Shown: positions 12,383 to 24,648 of the stretch, piece by piece
How positions within the stretch are numbered: the stretch's first letter is position 1
How the letters are laid out: each line of letters begins with the position of its first letter
Origin: Yuukianura sp. NJ FZ-2021
Taxonomy: Eukaryota
Length of the DNA: 64,000 bases
Reading direction: 5' to 3'
Assembly (NCBI GenBank): GCA_046563655.1
Contig: CM102283.1
Location: forward strand, 7,936,001 to 8,000,000
Made by a program: the position numbers and the translations under genes
The notes under the pieces: model-generated
The model's input: only the letters and a program-made list of their open reading frames with translations
Told to the model about the DNA's origin: nothing
The model's database searches: none

Positions 12383-14313
12383 GGCGCTGGTTGTTTCCTT
12401 GATGGAATCCTTGTCGATTACTTGAATTTCCTTGTTGGACAGAATTGTAATTGGAATTACGACTGGAGTTTCGTATGTGATCTTCTGGTATACTTGAATT
12501 GATGTTTTCTGGATCTTCTATAAGAGCGTATAGCTCGTTGCTTGCTGGTTGAAAAAACCTGAAACCAAACATTAAAAAAACGTCAGAATTCGTTTACGTT
12601 TCCCCCATTTAAAGCTAGCCGAGCTTCAGCATCAGTTGATTTCCCAATTAATTCCCTTAAATAAACATTTTCGGCTGTTCAAAATATTTTCCATATTCTT
12701 TATTCATAAATAGCGAATAGAGTGCATTTGATGAAGTCAGATTTACACATCAATTCTGAATAATTAATTGATACTTAAAATCAATTCGATTAGATACCTT
12801 GCTCTCAACTCACGCCGCTTGACGTCACCAGTCTTTTGTTGCTTGGTGACAAGTGATTAATAAACAAACTCACTTCACAGCGAACCGCGTAAAATAAGTA
12901 AGAATGGGATCTGACATGACGCACAAAGCTCCAATAGTATTTAACCATCTACGAGGTTTACAAAATACTGCAAGCATTTTTATCATGCTCAAAATTTCGC
13001 AATGCTGATCTTTGGTTCATCACAAGTCCACAAGTGATGTAGCACATGCCGTTTCTTGGATGGGAAATGGCAACATGATCTTTAGATAACCACAAGGAGT
13101 TTACGTCATAAAAGCCAACAAGTCGCCTGACATGAGAAACGTTAAGAATCGAAATGGTCATATGACAAGAGAAGACAAGTAAGCAACATCGCTATTCACT
13201 TCTGAAGGATAACTGAAAGTCAAGTGCAAGGACGGGCATCGTTGGACCTCGAAACTGGAATCTGGCTAGTTTTAAGGCCAGGCTGGACCTTGAGTTTTGC
13301 GCATGAACAGTAGGGATGTCACCTGCTGTAAGTGGTCAGCCTCGTAATCAAGATGTATTCAAACAGTGTACGTACTATTTACTCACACTGATAAGTGACG
13401 GACCAACATAACTCCTGAACTCAATGATCCAAAAAACCGAACTGACATGTATCATTGAATGACGTCAAAAAATGAATCGGTTAGAATAGAAGTGTACGTA
13501 CACGTAGAATTAGTAAGTGGTACTACCCAACACACTAAAGCCTATCATTTCCTGACGTCTATCATTTCCCTCGTAGTTATAGTGCTTCAACTTTACATCT
13601 TTGCAAACTGAAATGACTGCAGGGGGAACAGAATGACATGCAGAGGATTTGCGTCTGCTTGGATTGGCATGAAATTGCATGTCACGAATGGCAGATACAA
13701 GATGGAAGTATGGCAACTTTGGTTTGTGCAAAAAAGAAAAGGAGACACAGAGAGTTAGACATGGCGGCAATTGGAAGGGAAGGCAGTGACTGTCCTCGTT
13801 CTTTGTCCTCCTATTGGAATGAGATTAAACATTAAAGCACTTGAGATCCAAACGTAATGTAAACGTTTCACTTTACAGATTAGGTATGTTAGGCCACCAT
13901 TCCTTCCCATCAACGCCTGCATCACTTAAAAGCATAACCTGTTTTTAGTTTGCATGTAAAGCTCAATGTAGGTGGCTCAGCCTCCATTTTGTAAATCCTA
14001 ATCCGGTGTACTTGTACAGAACGAACCACAAATCGCAAGCAACCTTCGGAATTGAATTCAGCAGCATGGTAATGTCTAACCTCATCAGGATTACATGCCG
14101 TGACCTCTTTGAATAAAATCCAATGGAAACTAGCCTTGCTAAAGTTTCGCTATGCTACACCTTACAAACTAGGAGTAAAGAGACAAAAGTGGGTACTTAC
14201 GCCATGATGAAAATGGTTGAAGTGTACCGCCGCGGTTGCGGGGAGTTGGTTTGTTTGGAGTTAACTATGAACCCATTGTTAATCGGTTAAGCTTGGAGTC
14301 CTTAGACGTCCAT
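12330..14313 (-). promoter_or_regulatory. ATF4 5' leader with three uORFs
   Basis: uORF1 ATG GAC GTC TAA (14313-14302) and uORF2 ATG GGT TCA TAG (14276-14265). uORF3 is ATG GC|gtaagt (14205-14201) spliced to ag|G TTT TTT CAA at 12558; it runs 77 codons and stops at 12330, out of frame across the ATF4 ATG at 12382. Confidence 0.8.
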
Positions 14314-14408
14314 TTTGAATTTATTGAGTTGCTTCTGATGTGGGCTCTGCGAGGTAAATGGAGGAGCGAGTGGGTTGGCAAGGGGTAAACGGGGACGCAG
14401 GATGTGGA

Positions 14409-14417
14409 TGATGCAAC
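14409..14417. promoter_or_regulatory. C/EBP-ATF response element (CARE/AARE) TGATGCAAC upstream of the ATF4 leader exon
   Basis: Exact match to the ATF4-binding consensus TGATGxAAx, about 100 bp upstream of uORF1 in a GC-richer promoter-like patch. Confidence 0.55.
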
Positions 14418-16173
14418 CTCACGAGAGTCACGAGGATTTCAAATGGACACATACAACGTACTACGTGCCAAACAACCTCACTACATCACAGCCTAAGTTG
14501 TAGAGGGAATTTCAGTCGAGGCTTTTTGGCTATCACGCCAACATCCACGGTCTGGGCCTTACGAGTATTAACTGCCAAACTGCTTCAATAGTCATTCGAA
14601 TGTTATTTAAATAATCAAGTAAACAACGGCTGAGATGGTTAACTTGCTAATAAAGTTTTCGATGTTTAACAACACAAGGCACGCCATAATCTAAGCAAGC
14701 CAAAACCTAAGTATAAAGTTGATGATCCGGTCTAGATTTTTTAGTTAGTTTAGTTGGATTAGGCTTAAACGTTAGGTTTGGTTTGCTAGCACAATTTCAG
14801 TGCTAACTACATAATTTAGGCTGCTTAGATTTTTGGATGCTTAGATTATTGTTGCATAGGTTATGGCATGGACATGGTTTTACATTTAACTTGGTTAAAA
14901 AATTTTATCAGTTTAATTACGTTATATAAGTTACCATAATAATACTATGTATAAAATGAACCATTCGAGGCAAAATTTAATTTTGAAATATTCTGAAAAA
15001 TGTTGACTTAATTCGACCCTTGGTTCAAAGACTGTTATCACAAATAGAAACCCCGGCAGAGGGGGCGACGAGAGTTTGAAACTCGAGAACCCTGCTTGAC
15101 CCATCCCCTCGTTACTGTCAACTTTGAAATGACGCGCCCCGTGGCTTGAAGGGGTTGGAAGCCTGCGGCTATTGCGAATATTTTGCACATGAAGATGAGT
15201 AAATTCAAATTCGGTATGCATCTGCTTCTGCATGGCATTTAACATACAGCGCATCTCTCAACGAATAGTCAAAGTCTATTTTCTGCTGACTGTTGATTAA
15301 AAATTATAATTGCAAGCATTACAACATCTAACTAATGAAATGTGTTCATAGAGAGTAAATCCGTGCAACAATCGGAAATACAAATGCAAGAATTTATTTG
15401 TTGCAGTTTTTTAGACACTACATTTTGCAAAGTTTTTGTTTGTTTTGCACTTCGATATTTATATGACTCACTTCAACACGAACCAGTTTGTCTGAAAAAA
15501 AAATTCAAGATGGGAACTTTTTTTTTTCATTTTGACCAAATTTCTTGCCAAAGTCGAATTTGCTATCGCAATTCTCAATTCCCAGTGTCTCATTGTTGTC
15601 GAAATTCTAAGAATTTTTCCAGAAACTGCCAAGGTCGCAGTATACCGCCCAAACTTCCTCCAGCTTCTGTAAAGACGCCATTTAACAACTCTTGTATTTT
15701 GATTAGCGTCTTGAATTCGCACTTAAGAATCAATCTTAATTAAAGTTGAAGTCTTTTTTCCATTCTCCTTTTGATCTCTTGATTTCATCTTTTTTTGCAA
15801 AAGTATAGCTAGAGTGGTGCATTTTAATCCTGCCAAACTTGTCGTGTCGTCGTTAATATTGCCTGAAGCTATTTCGATTGCGTAAGTTCCCATTTAGCGT
15901 ACTTCCCCATCTTCATCAATTGACGTTTATAGTATAAAGCACAAAAAATGGACACTGCTTGAAATTGATTCCATTGTCTCTCGAGTCACCTTCAAAGTAA
16001 CTTCCACATATTGGCAATATGTAAATTGCAAAAGGAAAGACGCTAACATAAAATAACATAAAAATCTGAGACAACTTCCCAGCAGAGAGGCAGTTTGATT
16101 GTTGCAATCTAACGCTAACGTTGTTAACTCCATTAACGTGTACATCTAGGTTTTGCTTTTATCTGGATCGGAA

Positions 16174-17523
16174 ATGTTCGGGAAAATCCGATTCGGAGGA
16201 TTAGTGGCCTCCCTAGGGACGGTGTTGCTATTGGTTGGATTCGGCGGGATTCGGGAAGTTCGGAGTTTCTCGGCTGGTGTGCCACCGTTGCGGTCTGTTT
16301 GCAGCGACATGCTGCCGCATCATCACGAGTACAAGCCTCAAACGACGCCAGCTCCATATGAAATACTTACCAGTTCTGACAAGGTGGTGGCAGGCAGCGA
16401 CGTTATCGGTATTTCAAAATTTTGTGAATTTTTATCATTACCAAAATTTCAAAATCTGAAAAATGTACTTCAGATTCAGATTTTACTTTTTCGTTTTTCA
16501 GTAACCCTGAAGTCCACTACTCCGGGAGTTCTGTTTCGCGGATTTTACATGCAAGCTCGGGACGAGAACTCCAAGCCGATTGGTACATTCGCAATAAACG
16601 AAGACGCCAAAGCCCATAGCTGTAACGGAGTTAGATACGTACGTAACAAAAATTTCAAATTGAAGTTGAAAACAAAAATTTGGAAAAAGGAATTTCGAAA
16701 ACCCTGACCTGACTAAAAGAGGAATTTGGAGTTTTAAGTTGAAGTGGAGCAGTGCAAATTTTTGTTTGCAATTTCACTTCTAAATTTGTAAAGTTTCTAA
16801 ATTGCTGATTCAATCTACTTCAATTTTTCCATCATTCAATGGCAGTTTGAAGTACTGTAGTGAATTAACGTAGGCTGGTTAATCGATTAGTAATTGATTA
16901 AAATACTTGTTCTTTAGAATTCGGTGCATCACGCCAATGGTAAAGTGGAGAAACCATCAGTAAGCGTGACCTGGACTGCACCTAAAGGATACTCTGGTGA
17001 AGTCATCTTTATGTAAGCACTCTGAAATGAAACTACTTGAAAACCTTTCAAAACTCCAGTTTTGACTTAATTTTGAACATATCTACTAATTGAAAGAATG
17101 ATTTGTAAAGTAATTTCCAAATCCAAAAATGTCATCAATTCCATTGTATTCGAAAATTCGACAGCGAGTCAAAACTGTTTCAGAATTTGATTACAATTAA
17201 TGTTACTTTTTAAAATTTCAGTTCAACGGTTGTGAAAGACTTTGTCACAATTTGGGCTGGAATTTACTCTGAAGCTGTCACTGTAACACCATTGTAAGGT
17301 CCGAATTTTTCACGATCTAGATAACCACAATTTTTGGAATTTCGAAATTTTGAATTTGGATTTCTTCAGTGTCAAAAAGCCACTTTTCGATGACGGTGGT
17401 ACTGGACTCATCAGTTTCGCCAGTGCTCTCGGAATCAATATTCCTGGAATCACACCTCCTCAAAATAACAATCCTAACAATCAAGTAACCAACAATGCAA
17501 GATCTAATCAAACACGAAGTTAG
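16174..17523 (+). CDS. Secreted Reeler-domain protein (insect 'putative defense protein' type)
   Basis: Hydrophobic leader, then FSAGVP...CSDMLPHH, FRGFYMQARD, PIGTF, HANG...VTWTAP and STVVKDFVTIW. Exons ~16174-16408, 16501-16637, 16918-17012, 17222-17293 and 17370-17523. Confidence 0.85.
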
Positions 17524-17991
17524 TCATTAACATTATAACACTCTGAATAGCATAACATGACTTTTGAACTAACCTTAACTTACTAAAAACCTGTTTAAAA
17601 GTACGTTTCCATGCCTCAAACCTTTAAAATTTCGAAAACTAATAAAATTTCAACACGAATTTGCTTTTCGTCCATTTATTGCCAATTAACAAAATCAAAA
17701 TATAAAAAATCAGAAACAAGTTTTGCTTTTCGTAGAAGTAAAGTCATACTTTCTGGAATCTTTTTCTTCTGAGTTCATTTTTAGTAAACTCGAGAAAGAA
17801 AAACTGGTCAAGCATTTAAATTCAAAACATTCCCAGTTCATTTTCACAAAAGTAGTTTCGTGAGAAAAAAAATTACAATTTAATTCCATTTTAGGCTTTT
17901 TGGTTGTAGAAACGTTATAGTCCTAACTCCAGAACAATCACTTTTAGTTTTACATGTGGATTTGGTGTGAGTAGAAGTTTTCCAAAATAAA

Positions 17992-19394
17992 ATGGCTTCC
18001 ATGTATTATTCCAGAAGTATAGTGCTACTATTTGTAATGTACAGTATGGTTCAAAGTACACCAGACACCAGTGTGTACACAGAACGAGAGAAAACGCTAA
18101 TTCGACAGGTAATGACTGTACAAACAAAATTAAACACACAAAATTTTCTTTTACCAAAACGCAATAACAAAAATTTAGCAACTTTTTTCTTGTTCAGTTG
18201 CGTGGTAGAGTAAAAAAAGATTTGACGCAACCGATAATGTTCGAAGACAACTATTTGATACGTTACATTCGAGGTAAGAAAAAAAAATGCCAGATTTTTT
18301 CAATTTCAATTTTTAAACAGAGAATTCGATTTTCTTTTACATATTTTTTTTCAATCTCAGCCGGGAATCATGATCTTAATCAAGCAGAGAGAATGATACA
18401 GCGAGTAAGTTTTTAACCTTGAAGTGCCAAAAAGTATCAAAAAGTGTCAAAAGCCTAACAAAAAATTGTTCAAAAAAATTTTATGTGTTATGTTTTTTTT
18501 TTGCTAATTTACATAGACTTTAGCATGGCGCCGAGAGGAGAACATGGACAAAATATTTAGCGAGGATTTTTCAAAGTGGATTACGGCCTATCCATTTACA
18601 CTTAACATTGCGGATTATCAAGGAAAGCTAGGTAGGCCACGCCCATACGCCACTTTTTGCACATACGTAGTTATGTAATACTAAAAGTTGATTTTTTCTA
18701 AAACATAATACAGTTCTTGCTACTTCTCTTGGATCGATTGATGTAAGAAAACTTGTGCTGGGTGGGAAGCAAAAGGAACTGGATCGCTACTTGGCTTATG
18801 GATTTGAACGTGGTTTGTACAATGTTCAACAAGGATTTAACAAAACTGGAACCATCGATGGATATTTACTGTTCAACATGGCCGGCTACAACGCCAGGAC
18901 ACATGCCTGTTTAGCATGTAATTTTTAATACGATTATTTTAAAGTTTGTTTGAATTTGGTTTGAGATTTTTAGAAAATTTTTCCTTCTAGGTCTTCCGAG
19001 TTGGCTTAAGTTGGCCGTGAATTATGAGAACCATTATCCACAACTTTGTACTAAAGTTATTTCCGTGAATAGTAAGTTTCATTGAACTTTTCCAAAATTT
19101 CAAAATTTACAACTTGTTTTGGGTTTTATTGCAGCTCCGAGAATTTTTGATGCTTTGTTGGAAATTGTAAAACCTGCACTCACTTCGCGAACAATTCAAA
19201 TTATTAAATTGTACGACTACAACAAAGCTCATTGGAAAAGGGAGTTGTTTAAAACTTTTCCTGAAACTTCTTTAACGCCAGAATTTGGTGGAACAGGACC
19301 AGTTATACATGCTAAAAGTTTACATGATCAAAATTATGAACAGATCATCAACTACAACGTAGGAGTCATAAACATCCGTAGTTTCGGAAAATGA
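17992..19394 (+). CDS. SEC14/CRAL-TRIO-like protein 4
   Basis: Begins MASMYYSRSIVLLFVMYSMVQS. Contains YLIRYIR, HACLAC, YENHYPQL and LTPEFGGT. Confidence 0.85.
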
Positions 19395-20153
19395 ATACAA
19401 GTCCTCAGAATTTTTCAATTTTACATCGTAAGAAAGATTTTTCAGAGAAAATCCTGTCTAGTCTGAAACTAAAACCCAAAAAGTTTTGGGAACTTCTTAT
19501 CCATTCATCTGCTTAGGATCCGTGAGAAAAATTTCACAAAAAAATGGGTCTAGTTTTCGTTTTTGAAAAAGTGGATGTGAAACTTGCACAAATGTAAAAC
19601 GTATTTCAGCCTAATATTTTTTTGATTGACGTCCAAATTGCTGACATTAAAAATGTTGGAAAATGAAAAAAAAGACAAACGTGAGTGTGCAACTTTTTTT
19701 CTAATCACGACTTTTATAGTCTTTACGTCAAAAATTTTGAAACTTGGAGCTTGGACGTTCTCGGGCTACTGATTTTGGGAATCCTTGAGTATTTTTTTTT
19801 AAGTTGACGAACTAATTAAGCTAATAGGCAGTCTTTCTAGTTTGGCGCACTTAGATGAAATGTTGATAATGAATAATGTGGAAAGGAGTGACCTGACACC
19901 TCGATTTTAGTATTTTAGAACAGGTTTTAGGTCTCATTAGGGGAAATTTTCTACATTTTTTGTTCGGGAAATTTTAAATAAAGTTGAATCTAAAGTAAAA
20001 CCGTGAGGGCAGCTACTCAAAGTCAGAGAAATTAAAACTACTACTTAAATCGGATCCTGTACAACCAGTACTCATTACGAAGGTGATCCAGTTTAGAAGT
20101 AAACGTGGATTTCGAAGCACGCGCTTAAATTTTTGAATTGAATAGAAATCAAA

Positions 20154-22418
20154 ATGCATCAATCGCGTAAATTCGTAGCTGAATTGATCGTCGTTTATAG
20201 CTTTATTTTGATTTTTACATTTGTCCAAAGTGGAAAACCAGAAATAAATTCAAGTTTCTTTACGGAACGGGAGAAAATATTAGTCAAACAGGTAATTTAC
20301 CACACAAAAAAAAATTCGGAAAAGCGAATTTCTATGTTTTTTTTTCACAAAATTTTAACAAATTTTTGTTTAAAGTTACACGGCAAAGTAAAACACTCTT
20401 TGACTCAACCCCTTATGCATGAAGATTACTACCTAATTCGGTTTCTTCGCGGTAAATAAACACTATTTGAAAACTAAAGTGAAAATTTTGGAAAATGAAA
20501 ATTTTTTGATTCAAATTGGTTCAAAGAATTCAAAATCAAAGTTTTAAATTGGTTGAATACAGCTCAACATCATCGATTGGACGATGCAGAGGAAATGATA
20601 CGTAAGGTAAACAACTAAAACGTGTTTTAGCGGTTTACTCAAACAATCAATATACAGTGGATTCTCTAAATAAGGGAAAAAATCACGATTGGAGGATTGG
20701 TAGTAGGCGCCTCCCCCAGTACCGTAAGATTTCTGGTAAACGGTCAGTTATATGGAATTTAAGGCTAGGAACACCATTCTAATGAAAATTTCCTGTTTCG
20801 AAGTTCAGAGTATATAATTAATATTAATATACATAATATTCATATATTAATGCTAATTATATGTGATATCTATATACTAATCAATATTATATGGTATATT
20901 ATATGCAAATTACGCTGTGAATGTCACCCTTATTAAACAGGTTATATAATATAATATATTATTTACAGTGCGCTGTTGCGCAGGTTGTGCGCTGTTGCGC
21001 AGGTTGTGCGCTGTTGCGCAGGTTGTGCGCTGTTGCGCAGGTTGTGCGCTGTTGCGCAGGTTGTGCGCTGTTGCGCAGGTTGTGCGCTGTTGCGCAGGCT
21101 GTGCGCTGTTGCGCAGGTTGTGCGCTGTTGCGCAGGTTGTGCGCTGTTGCGCAGGTTGTGCGCTGTTGCGCAGGCTGTGCGCTGTTGCGCAGGCTGTGCG
21201 CTGTTGCGCAGGTTGTGCGCTGTTGCGCAGGTTGTGCGCTGTTGCGCAGGCTGTGCGCTGATGCGCAGTTTGTGCGCAGATATATATATAATATATATAT
21301 TAATATTAGTTAATTCCATTTAATTATCTAATTACTTTTGTTTCGCACCAAAAAAAATTAACCAAAAAAAACAATCGTAAAAAATAAGCCGATAAACTGA
21401 AACATACGTTCCCTCCAAAATTAAAACTTTACGGTACCGCGACTTCGAGTGAAAGTGAGAAAGAGGAGGAGCTCCTGTCCCTTATTTAGAGAATCCACTG
21501 TAATTACTAAACTTTAAAATTTTAGCAACAAAATTGTATTTTTGCTTAGAATTTAGCTTGGCGCCGAAGTGAAAACATCGATTCAATATTTTCCGAGGAT
21601 TGGTCATACTGGTTGGAACGTATGCTTCCACTTACACTAAACATTGCCGATTTCCAAGGAAGACCAGGTTTCGTAACTTTAATTTCAATTTTTTTTTTTA
21701 AAATGTAAATTTTTTTTTTTGAATTTAGCCATTACTGGTCGACTTGGACAACTTGATATTCGCAAACTAATTTTGAGTGGAAAGCAGGCTGAATTTGATC
21801 GTTTCATTGTCTATGCTTTTGAACGTGCTCTGTATAAAGTTCAACAAGGATTTAACAAAACTCGGATCATCGATGGTTATTTGCTCTTTGACCTTATCGG
21901 CTACACTCCAAAAACTCATGCCTGCTTAGCTTGTGAGGAAATTAGTACTCCAAATTGTACAAAAATTAAACAGAAACTTAATTTTAACTTTTTGTTTCAA
22001 GGTATACCAAGGTTAGTCAAGCTAGTTGTTAACTATGAAAACTACTATCCACAACTTGCTGCAAAACTTATAGTTGTGAACAGTGAGTCCAAATTATCAA
22101 AACCAAATTTTCAAATTTGTTGGTGCTTGTGTTGAATTTTGACTTAAAAAGAAATGTTGCCGTTGCTTTTCAGCTCCAAGAATTTTCGAAGATTTGCTGG
22201 AAATTTTGAAATCCGTACTCTCTGAACATACACAAAAAATTTTGAAATTGTACGACTACAATAAGGGAAGTTGGTCACGTGAACTTTTCAAATTATTTCC
22301 AAAAGACGTTCTTCCACAAGCATTTGGCGGAACTGGCCCATTCATTCCCATCAAAAGCTTACATAACCAAAATTTTACACAAATTATCTACTACAACACA
22401 GAAAAAATAAAACCATAA
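20154..22418 (+). CDS. SEC14/CRAL-TRIO-like protein 5; one intron is expanded by a MITE
   Basis: Begins MHQSRKFVAELIVVYSFILIFTFVQS. Contains YLIRFLR, HACLAC, YENYYPQL and LPQAFGGT. Confidence 0.85.
20655..21500. mobile_element. Tc1/mariner-superfamily (pogo/Tigger-like) MITE, 846 bp, carrying an internal minisatellite
   Basis: Perfect 23-bp TIR CAGTGGATTCTCTAAATAAGGGA (20655-20677) and its reverse complement (21478-21500), with TA on both sides. Absent from the equivalent short intron of paralogue 6. Confidence 0.9.
20968..21278. repeat. GC-rich 19-bp tandem repeat (GTGCGCTGTTGCGCAGGTT), about 16 copies
   Basis: Direct inspection. It produces the spurious 19-aa-periodic Cys/Arg ORFs in several frames. 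Confidence 0.95.
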
Positions 22419-23259
22419 AAAATATTTAAAAAAAAATACTGTTAATTTTCAGAATTATAATTTAAAGCATATAATTTTCCCAATTATCCCAATCTTTGTA
22501 TGTTGTAAATGTCAGAGCAAAAACAAAATTTCCCACACATTTTTTTCAGACAAGGTTCCTGATAAATTTGGATTTCTGTGAAGCTTCCTAAAATTTTTCA
22601 AAAATCGAAATTTCGAGAGAAATTTTTGGTGCACCTAGGTGTTATACCAAACCCGCCACTTTGATCATGAGTCATGATCACATTGTAGTTGACAACGAAA
22701 ATTTTTTGATTGACGTCCAAATTGCTGACGTTTTAAAATGTTGAGATTGAAAAAAGACAGACGTGGGCGTGCGACTTTTTGCTAATTGTATTGCCACATT
22801 TATAGTCGTTACGTCAAAAATTTTGAAAATTGGAGTTTGGGCGTTCCCGGGCTACCGAGTTTAGCTACCATTTTGGGAATCCTTGAGAATTTTTTTTGAC
22901 GTTGACGAAGTAATTAAAGTAAGAGGCAGTCTTTCTAGTTTGGCGCACTTAATAGATGACATGTCGATAATGAATAATGCGGAAAGGACCGACCTGACAC
23001 CTCGAAATTTCCATTTTAGAACAGGTTTTAGGTCTCATAGAGGAAACTTTCTACATTTTTGTTCAAAACTTGGAAATTAAAAATAAAGTTGAAACTACTG
23101 TAAACCGTCAGAGCAGCTACTCAAATTCAGAGAAATTACAACTACTACTTAAATTGGAGCTTATAAAACATACACTCATCAAGAAATTGGATACAGTTTA
23201 CAAGTAAACGTGGATTTTGAAGGACGCGCTTTTAAATTTTGAATTAAACAGAAATCAAA

Positions 23260-24648
23260 ATGCATCAATCGTGTAAATTCTTAGCTGAATTACTCGTCGT
23301 TTTTAGTTTCATTTTGATTTTTGCGTTTGTTCAAAGTGGAAAACCAGAAACAGATGCAAGTTTCTTTACGGAACGGGAAAAAATATTAGTCAAACAGGTA
23401 ATTTACCACAAAAAAAAATTCAGAAAAGCGAATTTGGTTTTTTACAAAATGTTAACAAATTTTTGTTTGAAGTTACGCGGTAAAGTAAAACACTTTTTGA
23501 CTCAACCCATCATGCACGAAGATTACTACCTAATTCGATTTCTTCGCGGTAAATAGACTTTATTTAAAAACTAAAAGAGAAAATTTTTAATTCACATTTT
23601 CCGTTGTAATTTGGTTGAATACAGCTCAACATCACCGATTGGATGATGCAGAACAAATGATACATAGGGTAGACGCTTTACACATATAATTTACAAAAAT
23701 TATAAAATTTCAAAATTTCATAAGAAATGTCACTTGGTCCGCGTTTAGAATTTAGCTTGGCGCCGAAGTGAAAACATGGATTCAATATTTTCCGAGGATT
23801 GGTCATACTGGTTGGAACGTATGGTTCCACTTACACTTAACGTTGCAGATTTCCAAGGAAGACGAGGTATGACTATACACTTAGTCAAATTTTCCAAAAA
23901 TCTAAAAAAAAATTTTTTTTTTAAATGTAGCCATTACTGGTCGACTTGGACAAATTGATATCCGCAAAATTATTCTGAATGGAAAGCAGGCTGACTTCGA
24001 TCGTTTCATTACCTATGCTTTAGAACGTGCTCTGTACAATGTACAACAAGGATTTAACAAAACAGGGATCATCGATGGCTATTTGCTTTTTGACCTCATC
24101 GGCTACACTCCAAGAACTCATGCCTGCTTAGCTTGTAAAAATTTTAAAATTTTTACAGACTAAAATTTTAAAATAAAAATTTTAAAAAGATACTGTAAAT
24201 TAAACAAAAAGTTAATTTTGAATTTTGTGTTTTCAGGTATACCAAGTTGGGTCAAGCTAGTTGTTAACTATGAAAACTACTATCCACAACTCGGTGCAAA
24301 ACTTATAGTTGTGAACAGTGAGTCCAAATTTTATCAAAACGCATTTTCAAAATTGCTGGTGTTGAATTTTGACTTAGAAAAAAATGTTGTCGTTGCTTTT
24401 CAGCTCCAAGAATTTTCGAAACTTTGCTGGACATTTTGAAATCGGTACTCTCTGAGCATACACAAAAAATTTTGAAATTGTACGACTACAACAAGGGAAG
24501 TTGGTCACGCGAACTTTTCAAAATATTTCCAAAAGACGTTCTTCCACAAGCATTTGGCGGAACTGGCCCATACATTCCTATCAAAAGTTTACATAACCAA
24601 AATTTTACAAAAATTATTTACTACAACACAGAAAAAATAAAGTCTTAA
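23260..24648 (+). CDS. SEC14/CRAL-TRIO-like protein 6, recent duplicate of gene 5
   Basis: Begins MHQSCKFLAELLVVFSFILIFAFVQS. Exons are near-identical to gene 5, with HACLAC and LPQAFGGT. Confidence 0.85.

Noticed and set aside
12330-12572. 80-aa minus-strand ORF as an independent gene
   Set aside because: Its first codons are intronic. It is better explained as the spliced overlapping uORF of ATF4.
14680-14870. Loose inverted CTAAG/CTTAG-rich repeats upstream of ATF4
   Set aside because: Too degenerate, with no definable TIR or TSD.
13510-16145. Short ORFs in ATF4 intron 1 and the ATF4-Reeler intergenic region
   Set aside because: No recognisable motifs or consistent splice structure; compatible with chance ORFs.
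20968-21278. Possible CRISPR-like array
   Set aside because: The units are contiguous with no unique spacers, there are no cas genes, and the context is eukaryotic.
20921-21323. Cys/Arg-rich repetitive ORFs (metallothionein- or keratin-like appearance) in four frames
   Set aside because: They are translations of the 19-bp tandem repeat inside an intronic MITE; being open in many frames is an artefact of the repeat.
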